From assembly GCA_963752595.1 (NCBI GenBank), contig CAVVYZ010000005.1, positions 256,001-320,000 on the forward strand: DNA of 64,000 nt, in the 5' to 3' direction. This stretch comes from an uncultured delta proteobacterium. Lineage in GTDB: Bacteria > Desulfobacterota > Desulfomonilia > UBA1062. The position numbers and the translations under genes are program-made. This document shows positions 27,660 through 39,700 of this stretch, piece by piece. Every line of letters starts with the position of its first letter. Positions within the stretch are counted from its first letter, which is position 1. Below the pieces are notes generated by a model that made no database searches, was not told the DNA's origin, and saw only the letters and a program-made list of their open reading frames with translations.

Positions 27660-29813
27660 ATGGGAGAAACCCGAGACAGCTTAGAGGCAAGAGCCAAGAC
27701 GCCTGAGGGAGATGCCGGGACGAACGGCTCCGCGCAGAAACCTTCAGACTTTATCCGTGCAATCATCAATGAGCACAACAAGACAGGCAGGTTCGGAGGC
27801 AGGGTGCATACCCGGTTCCCTCCCGAGCCGAACGGGTATCTTCATATCGGCCATGCAAAGTCCGTGTGCCTGAATTTCAAAATCGCTGCCGACTACAACG
27901 GCCTGTGCAACCTGAGGATGGACGATACGAACCCGGTCAAGGAAGAGGTCGAGTACATCGAATCCATTATCCGGGACGTCAGATGGCTCGGGTTCGATTG
28001 GGACGACAGGCTGTATTTCGCATCCGACTACTACGATCAGCTCTATCATTTTGCCGTCGAGCTCATCAGAAAAGGCAAGGCCTACGTGTGCGACCAGAGC
28101 CCCGAAGAGATGCGGCAGTACCGCGGCACGCTTACCGAGCCGGGGAAGGAAAGCCCGTACCGCAACCGGAGCATTTCGGAGAACCTGGGCCTGTTCGAGC
28201 GCATGCGGGCAGGAGAGTTCAAGGAGGGCGAAAAGACGCTCCGCGCAAAGATCGATATGTCTTCTCCCAACCTGAATATGCGCGACCCCGTCACCTACCG
28301 GATCCTCCATACCTCGCATCACAGGACAGGAGACAAGTGGTGCATCTATCCTATGTATGACTTCGCCCACTGCTTTTCCGACTCCATCGAGGGCATCACG
28401 CATTCCATCTGCACCCTGGAGTTCGAGGACCACCGACCCCTGTATGACTGGTACCTGGATCAGCTGGAAGCCTACCATCCCCAGCAGATCGAGTTCGCCA
28501 GGCTCAACCTCACCTATACGGTCATGAGCAAGCGCAAGCTCCTGCAGCTCGTGCAGCAGAAGTACGTGAGCGGGTGGGACGACCCCAGGATGCCCACGAT
28601 CTCGGGCATGCGGAGGCGCGGGTACACGGCTGAGGCGATCCGGAACTTCTGCGAGCGCATCGGCGTTGCCAAGAACGACAGCATGGTGGATGTCGAGCTG
28701 CTCGAATTCTGCGTCCGTGAAGACCTCAATCTCAAGGCGCCGCGGCGGATGGCCGTGCTTCAGCCCTTGAAGGTCGTGATCGAGAACTATGCGGAAGGAA
28801 AAACGGAAGAATTCGAAATCCCGAACCACCCGGATGGTGCGGCCACGGGAAGCAGGAAGGTCCCGTTCTCAAGGACCGTCTACATCGAGCGGGACGACTT
28901 CATGGAGGAGCCCAGCGCCAAGTTCTTCCGGCTCGCACCGGGCAGAGAGGTCCGGCTCAGGGGCGCATACTTCATCACGTGCACCGGTGTGAAAAAAGAC
29001 AAGGATACCGGCGAGATCACAGAGCTCGCCTGCACCTACGACGCGGGCACCCGCGGGGGCGACGCAACGGACGGCCGCAAGGTAAAGGGCACCCTCCACT
29101 GGGTTTCGGCAGAGCATTCGGTCGAGGCCTCCATAAAGCTCTATGACCGGCTCTTCACCGTGCCCAACCCCGAGGGAGGAGAAGAGGGATCGGATTTCCT
29201 GTCATATCTCAATCCCGGCTCGCTGACGGTCCTCACGGGGTGCAGGCTGGAATCTTCGCTGGCTGATGCGAAGCCGGGCGTCACCTACCAGTTCGAACGC
29301 CAGGGGTACTTCTGCGCCGATTCCGGGAACTCTCCCGTAAGCGGCCTCGTGTTCAACCGGACGGCCACCCTGCGTGATACCTGGGCAAAGATCGAAAAAG
29401 GGAAGCCCGCTCCTGATATGGGAAAGCAAAAGGCAAAGGAGCAGAAGACCACGCTTTCAGTTCAGCCGGGGAATAACCTTGCCGACCGGATAACGATCGA
29501 TGACTTCAACCGGATTGACCTCAGGGTGGGCCTTATCCGCGAGGTGAGCCTGGTGGAAGGATCGAACAAGCTTCTGAAGCTCATGGTGGATGTGGGCGAG
29601 GAGCGCTTGCGCCAGATCTTTGCCGGCATCCGGCCGGCCTACCCGGACCCCGATGACCTCCTGGGGAAGAAAGTGGCCGTGGTTGCAAACCTGAAAGAAC
29701 GGCAGATGAAATTCGGGCTTTCCCAGGGCATGATACTCGCAGGCGGCGAGGGAGAGCGCATGGGCATCGTCACCCTGAACGGCGACCCAAAGCCCGGTGA
29801 TAAGATTTCCTAG
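27660..29813 (+). CDS. glnS: Glutamine--tRNA ligase with a C-terminal Trbp111/MetRS-C-like tRNA-binding domain
   Basis: [35 protein letters not shown]; tail [32 protein letters not shown]. Confidence 0.96.
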   Translation: MGETRDSLEARAKTPEGDAGTNGSAQKPSDFIRAIINEHNKTGRFGGRVHTRFPPEPNGYLHIGHAKSVCLNFKIAADYNGLCNLRMDDTNPVKEEVEYIESIIRDVRWLGFDWDDRLYFASDYYDQLYHFAVELIRKGKAYVCDQSPEEMRQYRGTLTEPGKESPYRNRSISENLGLFERMRAGEFKEGEKTLRAKIDMSSPNLNMRDPVTYRILHTSHHRTGDKWCIYPMYDFAHCFSDSIEGITHSICTLEFEDHRPLYDWYLDQLEAYHPQQIEFARLNLTYTVMSKRKLLQLVQQKYVSGWDDPRMPTISGMRRRGYTAEAIRNFCERIGVAKNDSMVDVELLEFCVREDLNLKAPRRMAVLQPLKVVIENYAEGKTEEFEIPNHPDGAATGSRKVPFSRTVYIERDDFMEEPSAKFFRLAPGREVRLRGAYFITCTGVKKDKDTGEITELACTYDAGTRGGDATDGRKVKGTLHWVSAEHSVEASIKLYDRLFTVPNPEGGEEGSDFLSYLNPGSLTVLTGCRLESSLADAKPGVTYQFERQGYFCADSGNSPVSGLVFNRTATLRDTWAKIEKGKPAPDMGKQKAKEQKTTLSVQPGNNLADRITIDDFNRIDLRVGLIREVSLVEGSNKLLKLMVDVGEERLRQIFAGIRPAYPDPDDLLGKKVAVVANLKERQMKFGLSQGMILAGGEGERMGIVTLNGDPKPGDKIS

Positions 29814-30025
29814 CAGATTATCTGCAGAAACGGCATTCAACCGCGATCAGAGCCGATTATCGATTACGGTTCCGTTCGCGGCAAAAAGCTGCTCCTGCAC
29901 GATCCATTCCGTCCCGGGCGCGGTAGATTTTTCGAATACGAATACATCGAATATTTCTCTCATCTTTTCATAGGCCTCCGGCCGATATCGGCTATATAAC
30001 GTATTTCTTATCAAGGAGGTTATGT

Positions 30026-31006
30026 ATGAGGAGAGGTATGTATCTTCTCTTTTTCGTATTGATCCTGGCTCAGCCTTGTTTTGCCCAGTCGAACTACCGG
30101 ATCGAGGTATTGCAGGTAGGTTCTGTGGATGTCTACGACAGCGCCTATGAAGGGATTCTCGACGGGCTTGCCCGCCAGGGTCTCGTCAAAGACTGCAACG
30201 TGAATATCAGCAGGACCGTCCTCGATATGAATCCGGAACCATCACTCTGGGAGAAACTCACCCTAAGTATGCACATCAGCGATATGCTTTCTTCGGTCGT
30301 CCGGAACCGGCCTGATCTGGTGATCACGCTGGGCACCCAGGCAACGACCGTCTTCCAGGACAAGATCAGGGAAGCAGGCATCCCGGTCGTTTTTTCCGGC
30401 GTCTGCTCACCGGTTGTACAGTCCGGGAAGGACAGCACCGGGGTCGTCATCCGGTCCCAGCCATCGGATATGATCAGGACGACGATGCTGGCCCTGCCCG
30501 ATATCGACCGCCTGGCCATCATCCATTCCTCGGACCTGGAGGCTATAGCCTTTACCGACGAGGTGAGCAGGCAGGCCAGGAGGTTCGGGATAACCGTTAT
30601 CAGCAAGGAGATCGACCCTGCCGGGCCGATCACCGGAGCGGTCCGGGAACTCATTGCGCAGGGAGCGGATGCCTTTATCATCCCAACGGATGCATATTAT
30701 GAGGTGCACGGCTGGAAAGCCGGCAGGGAGCTCATTGCCGAGGCGACTCTCCAGAGGATTCCCTGCATCTCTTCATTGTTGAATGCGACAAAGGGACCGC
30801 TCATCACCCCGGCTCCGGATTTCGGCGCCGTAGGCGACCTCACTGCAAAACAGGTCAACGCAATCCTCACAGGGGACAAGTTGCCGGGAGATCTTTCGAT
30901 CGCGAGCCACATCAACCAGAACTTCATCGTCGATCTCAATTCTTCGAGGCGCTTAGGTATACAGTTCCGGCCCAAATCCGACTCACTGTACAGTCTGAAC
31001 CATTAA
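30026..31006 (+). CDS. ABC transporter substrate-binding protein (ABC_sub_bind type), orphan
   Basis: AAGGAGG RBS, signal peptide, PDLVITLGT, IPVVFSGV, ADAFIIPTD, ILTGDKLPGDL, VDL..LGI. Confidence 0.8.
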   Translation: MRRGMYLLFFVLILAQPCFAQSNYRIEVLQVGSVDVYDSAYEGILDGLARQGLVKDCNVNISRTVLDMNPEPSLWEKLTLSMHISDMLSSVVRNRPDLVITLGTQATTVFQDKIREAGIPVVFSGVCSPVVQSGKDSTGVVIRSQPSDMIRTTMLALPDIDRLAIIHSSDLEAIAFTDEVSRQARRFGITVISKEIDPAGPITGAVRELIAQGADAFIIPTDAYYEVHGWKAGRELIAEATLQRIPCISSLLNATKGPLITPAPDFGAVGDLTAKQVNAILTGDKLPGDLSIASHINQNFIVDLNSSRRLGIQFRPKSDSLYSLNH

Positions 31007-31020
31007 GCTTTCATATAAAA

Positions 31021-31054
31021 CAAGGGGCCGTTTTTCTTTTGGGCCGGCCCCTTG
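31021..31054. terminator. Hairpin between convergent genes
   Basis: CAAGGGGCCG ... CGGCCCCTTG perfect 10-bp inverted repeat. Confidence 0.65.
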
Positions 31055-31115
31055 CCTTATCTTACGATGGCAACTCCTGCACCTGGTATTCTGCCGGGGA
31101 GGTTATAAACCGCTT

Positions 31116-31907
31116 TTACAAAAAGGGTGTCAGCTTCGGCTTCAAACGCCTGTCCATGATGCTTTCCACGTCCGATTCCCTGATCCATCCCCTTTTACCG
31201 TCCGGCAGGCTGATGAGCCTCCAGTCAGGCTCGAAGCGCTCCTGAACGACCGTGGCTCCTTCATGGAGCCTGAAGAGAAGCGTATCTCCGGCTTGGGGGC
31301 CGGCTAAGACGTCGGCCTGCTTTGCAACCACGACGCCCCGGTCGTCGGACAGGGCTTCGTAGTATTTCAGGCTCAAGGATACGCCGCTGCCGAACAAGAA
31401 GAAAAGCGATGCCGTGAGCAGATAGTAGGTGAGGTCGTTCCTCACCCGCAGACGCAGCAGGAGCACGGCAAATACCGCTCCGTGGAATGCGATGAATATC
31501 CGGAACAGCTCCGCAAGGTTGAAGGAGTTCAGCCAGAAGAATACCGAAGAGACGACCTGCCCGGGAGGCGTTACCGCATCCGTTTTCCTGTCCTGCGCAT
31601 AGGACAGGTTGAAGGTGAGGTCTGCATCCCGCGGTATGAAGAGCTTTGCACGTTCGTAATTCAGGATAGCTGCTCCAAGCCTGTTCATCTTGAAATAGGC
31701 ATTGGCCAGGTTGTAGTAGAGGTGTCCGCTTGCATGCCCTTTTTCTATGAGGCTTTCATAATCATGTGCGGCCTCGCTGTAACGTGCTTCCCGGAATGCC
31801 TGGTTCGCCCTGAAAAAGAGCTCTTCACGCGAAGGCTGTAGGGCGGCATAGGAGAATGCCGGAAACGATAGCATGAACAATATGAGTAAGGCTGTCTTCT
31901 TCATCAT
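31116..31907 (-). CDS. batE: BatE-like TPR + SH3 protein
   Basis: Signal peptide, LYYNLANAYFK, AILNYERA, TM segments, FRLHEG..W..I..GWI SH3-like end; last gene of the bat operon. Confidence 0.8.
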   Translation of the reverse strand: MMKKTALLILFMLSFPAFSYAALQPSREELFFRANQAFREARYSEAAHDYESLIEKGHASGHLYYNLANAYFKMNRLGAAILNYERAKLFIPRDADLTFNLSYAQDRKTDAVTPPGQVVSSVFFWLNSFNLAELFRIFIAFHGAVFAVLLLRLRVRNDLTYYLLTASLFFLFGSGVSLSLKYYEALSDDRGVVVAKQADVLAGPQAGDTLLFRLHEGATVVQERFEPDWRLISLPDGKRGWIRESDVESIMDRRLKPKLTPFL

Positions 31908-31908
31908 C

Positions 31909-33831
31909 TCACCTCGCCGGCCTGTCTATGTCCCGCATGAGAGAGACGAGCTCGCTTTTCCGCTCGAAGGGGCTGTTTCCCCGCCCGGTATACACCCTCT
32001 GCGTAAGCTCGTTGAGGAGGGAAACACACCCGGCCTTCGCATCGGCGGCCACCCCCTGCCGCTCGAGGATCGCGCCCGCCTCTTCAGGCGTCAGCGTGCC
32101 CAGCGAAGATCCGAAACGCCGGTTGAAATACTCGCGGCTCGCGCTCAACAGATCCTCTGCTGCCACCTGCTCAGAAGAACACTGTCTCATAAAATGCCTC
32201 AATGCACCTTTTGATTTGGCCTGCTCTTCATACTTCCGCGAGGGATTCATCCATCTCTTGGCTCCATACCCCCCGAGATACAGAAACGGCGGCACCACGA
32301 TCAAAAGCCAGAGCACTGCAGGATCCGGCATGGTCCCGTTGCTGAAACGCAATGTATCCAGGTCGGTATGCACGGGCAGGATGTCTCTTCCCACCTCCTC
32401 GACCTCTCTCTTTACTTTTCCCGCCTGAGCGGCCTGCGGCGGGAGGCCGGGGGGCGCCTGCTGCGCTGCCTGCCCCGAAGAACCGGGCCGCACGGTCAGC
32501 GTATAAGGCGGGGTCCGGATCATCCGGTAGGCCTTGGCTTGTGTATCGAAATAGGTGAGCACGAGCGGAGGGATCTCATAGGTGCCCTCCTTCTGCGGGA
32601 CAAACGCCCACTTCATGGTTTTGACGCCTTTGTACCCCTGGGCGTCCGTTTCTATCTGAATCGCGGGCTTGTCGGCATAGGTCTTGACGCCTTGAATATC
32701 CGGGACAGTCAGGTCCGGGATCCTGCTTACGTTTCCCCTTCCCTCTATGGTGACGGTGAAAGACGCGGTATCTCCGGTGGAAATCATATCCTTATCCAGC
32801 CCTGATTGCATCGTATACCGGCCGAGAAGGGAACTGAAATCTGCAGGCCTTCCCTCCGAAGGAAGAGGATACACGTTCAGCTCCAGGGGATTGCTCGCCA
32901 CGGTTTTCTGCTGCGGGGCAGAGATGCTGAAGAACGGATCACCATAGGGAAAGGCTCTCTGTCTGCCGGCCTGCTCATACACGGCCATGTTCATGGTCGC
33001 AGGCGGAAGCTTGAACCTTCCCTTTGACAGGGGCACGACCTCATGCCGCACCTCCAAGACCTGGTACGGCTGCCCGTTGATATTCGTCACGTATTCGAGG
33101 GGCTCACCGATCTTTTTAAAGGTAAACGCAGGGTTGTCCGGGATATCGAGGGAGAGGTTGCTCACCTTGACGAGCCGGTAGAGCTTGACGGTGTAGATAG
33201 CCGGCTCCTCTGCATACACCGCCTTCTTCGACAGCTCGGCCCTGAGGAAAACCGGGCCCTCTGCACGGGCTTCTTCACCCTCCCCGCCCCTTGCGACGTC
33301 CCGCACGGTGAGCGTAACGCTATTGCTCCGGAATACCGAAGACCCGTCGCGAACCTCTGCAGGGCCTATCTTGTAGGTGCCGGTCGCCTTGGCCTGGATA
33401 AAGTAGATATATTCGGTATACGAGCTCTTGCTGAAATTGATGATCTCGATGTGGCTCGAGGTTCCTCCTTCGCTGACGGAAAATCCCTGGAGCCCCTGGA
33501 TCCGGGGAGGGGAATCGAGTGAGCCGGCGCCGCTCACCCTGAGACGGAGCGTGACGCTGTCCCCGAACGCGGCTTCCGGCCGGTCGAGCATAAGCTGAAC
33601 CGAGGTCTGGGCCATGCTGCACAAGGGGAAGAGCGCCAGCAGGAGAAGGGCAAGACATGCAATCTTTATATCTTTTCTCCTGTGCTTACTTATTACGTAT
33701 GCCTTATCATTCAGCGAGAGCGGGGAATCCGATCCTCCGGCGAACTGCCGGACCTTTTTCTCCCTGGAAGTGACGGCCTGCATACACACCCCGGTTTTCA
33801 TACTACCATTCCTTCCCCGAACCCACGACAC
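31909..33831 (-). CDS. batD: BatD-family protein (true start probably about 33660-33780)
   Basis: Repeated Ig-like BatD units (GTYKIGPAEV, SNPLELNVYPLP..P..FS..G.Y, GTYEIPPLVLTYFD) and a C-terminal TM segment. Confidence 0.85.
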   Translation of the reverse strand: MSWVRGRNGSMKTGVCMQAVTSREKKVRQFAGGSDSPLSLNDKAYVISKHRRKDIKIACLALLLLALFPLCSMAQTSVQLMLDRPEAAFGDSVTLRLRVSGAGSLDSPPRIQGLQGFSVSEGGTSSHIEIINFSKSSYTEYIYFIQAKATGTYKIGPAEVRDGSSVFRSNSVTLTVRDVARGGEGEEARAEGPVFLRAELSKKAVYAEEPAIYTVKLYRLVKVSNLSLDIPDNPAFTFKKIGEPLEYVTNINGQPYQVLEVRHEVVPLSKGRFKLPPATMNMAVYEQAGRQRAFPYGDPFFSISAPQQKTVASNPLELNVYPLPSEGRPADFSSLLGRYTMQSGLDKDMISTGDTASFTVTIEGRGNVSRIPDLTVPDIQGVKTYADKPAIQIETDAQGYKGVKTMKWAFVPQKEGTYEIPPLVLTYFDTQAKAYRMIRTPPYTLTVRPGSSGQAAQQAPPGLPPQAAQAGKVKREVEEVGRDILPVHTDLDTLRFSNGTMPDPAVLWLLIVVPPFLYLGGYGAKRWMNPSRKYEEQAKSKGALRHFMRQCSSEQVAAEDLLSASREYFNRRFGSSLGTLTPEEAGAILERQGVAADAKAGCVSLLNELTQRVYTGRGNSPFERKSELVSLMRDIDRPAR

Positions 33832-34723
33832 TGCGGCCGTCTTGCGCCCCCTGGAGCCGGTTCAATCGCGCCCTGTTCTCGTTGATATTATTGAGCAGGG
33901 CCTCTGCCTTCTTTCTTTCCATCATGGCTGCACTGTTTCCTGCCTGGCCGGTGCCCTGTGCTTCTGATGCTGTTCCCATGTTCTTCCCTTTCAGCTCGCC
34001 GTTTAAGCCCTGTTTATCTTGTCCGGCCTTATTCTGCTGCCCGGACCGGCTTCCCTGGTTCTGGTCCGGCTTCTGCGCGGAAGACCCCCCCTGATTCTCA
34101 TCGCCTTTGTTCTCAGGCTTTCCCTGCTGCCTGGATTGTTCCGGACCCTGCTTTGTGCCCTGGTCCTTGCCCTGGCTGTTCGGGCCTTTATCTTGGGATT
34201 TGTCTCCTTGCTGCTTCGGGTTGTCTTTTTGAGACCCGCCGTCCTGCTTCTGGTCCTTTGAAGATTCCTGCTGCTTTTTCAGGGCCTTCATGGCAAGCTC
34301 CAGGTTATGCCTCGTATCCGCATCATCGGTGCGGATACGCAGGGCTTGTTTGTAATAATCCCTGGCCGCAGCGAAATCATTCTGCTTATACGACGTATTC
34401 CCGAGATTATACAGGCCCCGGAAACGCATATCGTCATCCGAAGAGCGACGCACCACGCTCGTAAAGGCAGCCCTGGCGGCATCGAAGCTTCCGGACCGGA
34501 ATGCTGCACACCCCCGGTTGTAGCGGAACTTCAGATCGTCCGGCTTGTCCATGTCGAGTTTCAGGTAGGCTTGTTCCGCCTCCTTGTACTTGCCTTTTGC
34601 ATAGAGTCCGTCGGGATTCTCCGTCGCGAAGAGGGGCTTCGGGAAGACACCCGGAATAGGGAGTAGAAATAAGAAGATATAGACGACCAGTGTCTTTGTC
34701 ATAATGCCCCATCTCTTCATCAT
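33803..34723 (-). CDS. batC: BatC-like TPR protein with a Q/G/K-rich tail
   Basis: YNRGCAAF, YNLGNTSY, TRHNLELA, low-complexity Q-rich linker, AEALL and terminal KEW; ATGA overlap with batB. Confidence 0.82.
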   Translation of the reverse strand: MMKRWGIMTKTLVVYIFLFLLPIPGVFPKPLFATENPDGLYAKGKYKEAEQAYLKLDMDKPDDLKFRYNRGCAAFRSGSFDAARAAFTSVVRRSSDDDMRFRGLYNLGNTSYKQNDFAAARDYYKQALRIRTDDADTRHNLELAMKALKKQQESSKDQKQDGGSQKDNPKQQGDKSQDKGPNSQGKDQGTKQGPEQSRQQGKPENKGDENQGGSSAQKPDQNQGSRSGQQNKAGQDKQGLNGELKGKNMGTASEAQGTGQAGNSAAMMERKKAEALLNNINENRARLNRLQGAQDGRSVVGSGKEW

Positions 34724-35724
34724 GACTGCCGGTCCTTTCTCCATGCTATGACCTGTTCGAGCAGGAGCAGGATGAATGCAGCGATGACGAAGATCTGGAA
34801 CCTCTCTTCGAATACCTGCACTTTCTTTGTCCCCAGCTCTTGAGCCGTCGTGGACGTCTTGATGCCTGCAAAATACAGGAGGTCGAGATCCAGGTCCCCG
34901 GTGACGGATCGCACGTACTTTCCGCTCGTCAGCGATGCGATAGTACTCAAGCCCTTTTCATCGAGCCTGGACATGACGATGCCGCCTTTTTCATCCTTCA
35001 TGAAGCCTCCGGCAGCTCCTGCTGCAGGGACCGGTGCACCCTGATCGGATCCTATGCCGTATACATAGATGCCCACACCTTTTGAAGCCGCTTCACGGGC
35101 CGCCTCCACGCCTTTGCCCTCATTGTCCTCGCCGTCGGTGATGAGGATGATAACCTTGTCTGTCGTCGATTTGTAATCAAAGGCCTTGGACGCCGCATCG
35201 ATCGCGGCCCCGAGGTCGGTCCCGGGTACCGGGATGAGGTCGGTATTCAGTTCGCTTAAGAACATATCGATGGCTGCATAATCGAGGGTGAGCGGGCATT
35301 GGACAAAGGCAGCCCCCGAGAAGGCGACAAGCCCCAGCCGGTCCCCTTTGAGCACCCGCAGGAGGTCATACACCTCCCGCTTGGCCCGTTCGAGCCGGTT
35401 GGGCGATAGATCCTGTGCGAGCATGCTGGGCGACGTATCCATTACCACCATGATGTCCACGCCCTTGTGCGTGATTTCCTCATAGTGGGAACCCCACCGG
35501 GGGCCTGCAAGGGCTAAGATCAGGCAGGCAAACGCGGTCACGAAGAAAAGTGCCTTGAGAAATGAACGGCCGCCGGATATTTTTCCGGTGAGCCTTTCCA
35601 GGAGCTCAGGCTCTGCAAAGCGCTCGAACGCCTTTTTCCTGATCCGTGCCTCGATGACCAGTATAAAGCAGATCACGGGTATAAGGGCGAGGAAGCTCAA
35701 CAGCCACGGTCTGGCGATCGTCAC
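34720..35724 (-). CDS. batB: BatB-like VWA domain protein
   Basis: ALAGPRWG, DTSPSMLAQD..PNRLERAK, CPLTLDY, LITDGED. Confidence 0.87.
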   Translation of the reverse strand: MTIARPWLLSFLALIPVICFILVIEARIRKKAFERFAEPELLERLTGKISGGRSFLKALFFVTAFACLILALAGPRWGSHYEEITHKGVDIMVVMDTSPSMLAQDLSPNRLERAKREVYDLLRVLKGDRLGLVAFSGAAFVQCPLTLDYAAIDMFLSELNTDLIPVPGTDLGAAIDAASKAFDYKSTTDKVIILITDGEDNEGKGVEAAREAASKGVGIYVYGIGSDQGAPVPAAGAAGGFMKDEKGGIVMSRLDEKGLSTIASLTSGKYVRSVTGDLDLDLLYFAGIKTSTTAQELGTKKVQVFEERFQIFVIAAFILLLLEQVIAWRKDRQS

Positions 35725-36719
35725 GGCAGCACCCTCACGACCGTCATTCTCAGGACGAACTCCAGGAGCAGCAGGGCAAGTGCGGGTATGAGGAAGAACA
35801 GGTACAGCTCCCGGTAATGGAAGAATTCCTTGACCTTTACCTCGCTCTTTTCCAGAGAATCGATGATGCCGTAGATCTTCGAGAGCTCGTCGGTGTTGGC
35901 TGCGAGGAAGTACCGGCCCCCGGTCATTGCCGCGATTTCCCGTAAACCGTCTTCATTGAGGTCGACCCGCTGGTAGACGAGCCGGCGGCCGAAGGGGGTA
36001 TCCACGAGAAACGGAGCCTCCCCTTTGCCGCCCACGCCGATGGTATACACCTTGATGCCGAGGGTCTTCAGGGCCTGGGCCGCTTCCTGCGGGGCGACCG
36101 AACCGGTGTTGCTGTTCCCGTCGGTCAGCAGGATCATGACCTTTGAGGGTGCCTTGAGGTCCTTGAGGCGCTTTCCGGCAATGGCAAGGGCCGAGCCGAT
36201 GGCAGTGCTGTCGCCCGCCATCCCGATCTCCATAGCGTCCACCAGGGAAATCAGGAGCCCCTTGTCCATGGTCAGAGGCGCCTGGGTAAAGGCCTCCTGT
36301 CCGAAGACCACGATGCCCATCCGGTCATTGGGGCGCTTCTTGATGAAATCGCTCACCACCTTTTTGACCGCCGTCAACCTGGTGACCGGGTTCCCGTCAA
36401 GCTCGAAATCAAGCGCTGCCATGGAACCGGAGGTATCGAGGCTGAGCATGATATCCACCCCGGGCGAGAGCACCTCCCGGGACACATTGTAAAGCTGGGG
36501 CCTGACAGCGGTGACCATGAGGAGGATGAGAGCAGAGATCCGCAAAAATTCCGGTATCTTCGCCATGAGGTCTCCCGAAGACCCCGATATCCGCGCAAGA
36601 TCAGAGGTGAGCGGAAAAGTGACGCCGGCAGGCCTGCGGAAATACCGGCAGACGAGCCAGGCGGCCAGGATGACGCCCAGGATGATGAGCAGTGCCGGGT
36701 GGGCGAACCGGAACATCAT
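35721..36719 (-). CDS. batA: BatA-like VWA domain protein
   Basis: FAHP, RPQ, DTSGSM (MIDAS), APLT, TAIG, LLTDG, YTIGVG, TGGRYF. Confidence 0.9.
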   Translation of the reverse strand: MMFRFAHPALLIILGVILAAWLVCRYFRRPAGVTFPLTSDLARISGSSGDLMAKIPEFLRISALILLMVTAVRPQLYNVSREVLSPGVDIMLSLDTSGSMAALDFELDGNPVTRLTAVKKVVSDFIKKRPNDRMGIVVFGQEAFTQAPLTMDKGLLISLVDAMEIGMAGDSTAIGSALAIAGKRLKDLKAPSKVMILLTDGNSNTGSVAPQEAAQALKTLGIKVYTIGVGGKGEAPFLVDTPFGRRLVYQRVDLNEDGLREIAAMTGGRYFLAANTDELSKIYGIIDSLEKSEVKVKEFFHYRELYLFFLIPALALLLLEFVLRMTVVRVLP

Positions 36720-37648
36720 CCTTTTATCCCTCCCTGCATTTCCTTGCTTTCTCCCTCGCCTTCCTCCTGTGCGGTCACGTTGATATAGGCGAGGAAGCAG
36801 GCTATATCCTCATCCTTCCGGTGGGGGGTCGCCGTCCCATCGGCGAATTTCACAAGGTCTGCGAATTTAAGCACCGTCAGGATCGGCCTGTCCTGCTCAA
36901 GGATACGCTGGGCAATCTCTTCGGTGGTGTACTCTGCCGCCGGGAACCCTCTCACCGCCTCGAGGTAGCGCTTGATGATCTCGGTCAACCGGAAGTAGAA
37001 CTCCTTGTAATACCCCTTTTCGAACAGGTTTTCCCTGAGCAGGGCCTCGACCTCCTTCTCGGCCCTGATATGGGGCGGCTCCGAAGGCACCTGGAGGTCA
37101 CTTTTCCTTCTCCATCTCTTCCATGCAAAGATAAGCACGGCCACGGCCGCACAGACAAGAAGCACCATCCCTACCCTGACGGCCCAGGTTATCCAGGGGC
37201 TCCGGATCGGAATGATGTCCCTGATGGGTCGCAAGGCCTCGGCATCCGTGCCCCCTTTCATGTTCGAAACGACCTTGACCGTGACCGCTTCCGACCGCAC
37301 GTATCCCTTTTTTCCCTCTTTATCAATGAAGCCGAGCTCGACAGGGCCTATCTTCAACGGCTCCAGGGTATCTGCAATGATTGTAAGGACGATCTTTTTC
37401 CCGGCAACCTTTTTTTCGACCACGCTCAAAGACTCCATCCCGCGGATCTCGGGCTTATCCCCCGTCTTCGCGCCTTCGGGAAGGAAGTAATGCAAGGTCA
37501 CCGTCACGGTTCCGCCCACGGCAACAGGAGAAGGCCCGGCAGAGAGGTCCAGACGGGGTGCGTTCGGAGGTGCCTGCATGGCCGGGCACAGCACTGGAAA
37601 GAGAATGAAGGGCAACAGGAGCATCCACAGATACATGCGGCTATGCAT
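36716..37648 (-). CDS. Bat-operon membrane protein (BatD-like N-terminus plus DUF4381-like TM region)
   Basis: Signal peptide, LRPIRDI, TM segment, PPHIRA, YF..TEIIKRYLE, AAEYTTEEI, ADLVKFA. Confidence 0.75.
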   Translation of the reverse strand: MHSRMYLWMLLLPFILFPVLCPAMQAPPNAPRLDLSAGPSPVAVGGTVTVTLHYFLPEGAKTGDKPEIRGMESLSVVEKKVAGKKIVLTIIADTLEPLKIGPVELGFIDKEGKKGYVRSEAVTVKVVSNMKGGTDAEALRPIRDIIPIRSPWITWAVRVGMVLLVCAAVAVLIFAWKRWRRKSDLQVPSEPPHIRAEKEVEALLRENLFEKGYYKEFYFRLTEIIKRYLEAVRGFPAAEYTTEEIAQRILEQDRPILTVLKFADLVKFADGTATPHRKDEDIACFLAYINVTAQEEGEGESKEMQGGIKG

Positions 37649-38523
37649 TCAATCTCTTTCTCCTCCGGTCGAACAGCCGCAGCAGCGGCTCGACTACATC
37701 CCCGGATGTGCTGATATCCACGAGATCCACGCCGATGCCTGCAAGCATCCGTTTTAAGTGTTCTTTCCGATCCTTCCGATCTTCTTCGAATTGTTTCCTG
37801 ATGCGGGCGCTGCCGGTGTTGACCGTGGCGATCTCGCCGGTCTCGGGGTCCTGCAGGGTAATGAACCCCACATCCGGGAGTGTTTCCTCGGCCGGATCGG
37901 TGATGCGGAGCACCGTGAGGTCGTGCTTTCTGGCAGTGAGCCGGATGGACTTCTCGAATCCCTCATCCATGCAGTCCGATATGAGGAACACGATCGCATG
38001 CCTTTTGACCGCCTTGTTCAGGAAATCAAGGGCATTATCGATATCCGTTGCAGGGCTTGCCGGCTCAAAAGTGAAGATCTCCTTGATCATCCGCCACACA
38101 TGCTTGCGACCCTTTCCTCGGCGGCAGGAACTTTTCAACTGTGGAGCTGAACAGGAGGGAGCCCACACGGTCGTTGGTGCGGATCGCCAGGAATGCGAGC
38201 ATGCCCGCCACCTCGGCCAGCAGTTCCCGCTTGAACCGTGATCTGCTGCCGAAGAGGTGGGATTTCGAAAGGTCGAGGACCAGCATCAGCGTCAGCTCCC
38301 GCTCCTCATGGAACACCTTCACAAAGGGGTGGCCGAACCGGGCGGAGACGTTCCAGTCAATGGTCCTGATATCGTCGCCCACCTGGTATTCCCTCACCTC
38401 GGCAAACTCGATGCCCTGGCCCTTGAAGGCGCTCTCGTACCGGCCTGCGAATATCTCGTTCGCCAGGTGTCTGGTCTTGAAGTGAAACTTTTGGATCTTG
38501 GCGAGGATCTCCGGGGGGAGCAT
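37641..38523 (-). CDS. DUF58 domain protein (frameshift near 38110)
   Basis: FKGQGIEFAEVREYQVGDDIRTIDWNVSAR, EERE; the other frame continues KHVWR..VFLISD..DPAE..DPETG. Confidence 0.88.
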
Positions 38524-38524
38524 C

Positions 38525-39505
<981 letters not shown>

Positions 39506-39700
39506 GCTTTTTAACCTCCCAGATGCTGAGCGTCTCTTTTATAGCTCCTGAAGAAAATTTTTCAAGCCCTTTTTCATCAGCACCCTCAACATCAGGAGCC
39601 GTTCTTCCGATCCGTGTAATCAATATGTAGGTTATTGCCATAGGTGCATAATTTCTGCAATCCCACGGCAATAATCCTGATGCAAAGGGATTGGGAGCTG

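Noticed and set aside
29975-29995. Sigma28 promoter at GCCGATAT before the SBP gene
   Set aside because: There is no TAAA at the correct spacing; the motif is part of a short palindrome, GCCGATATCGGC.
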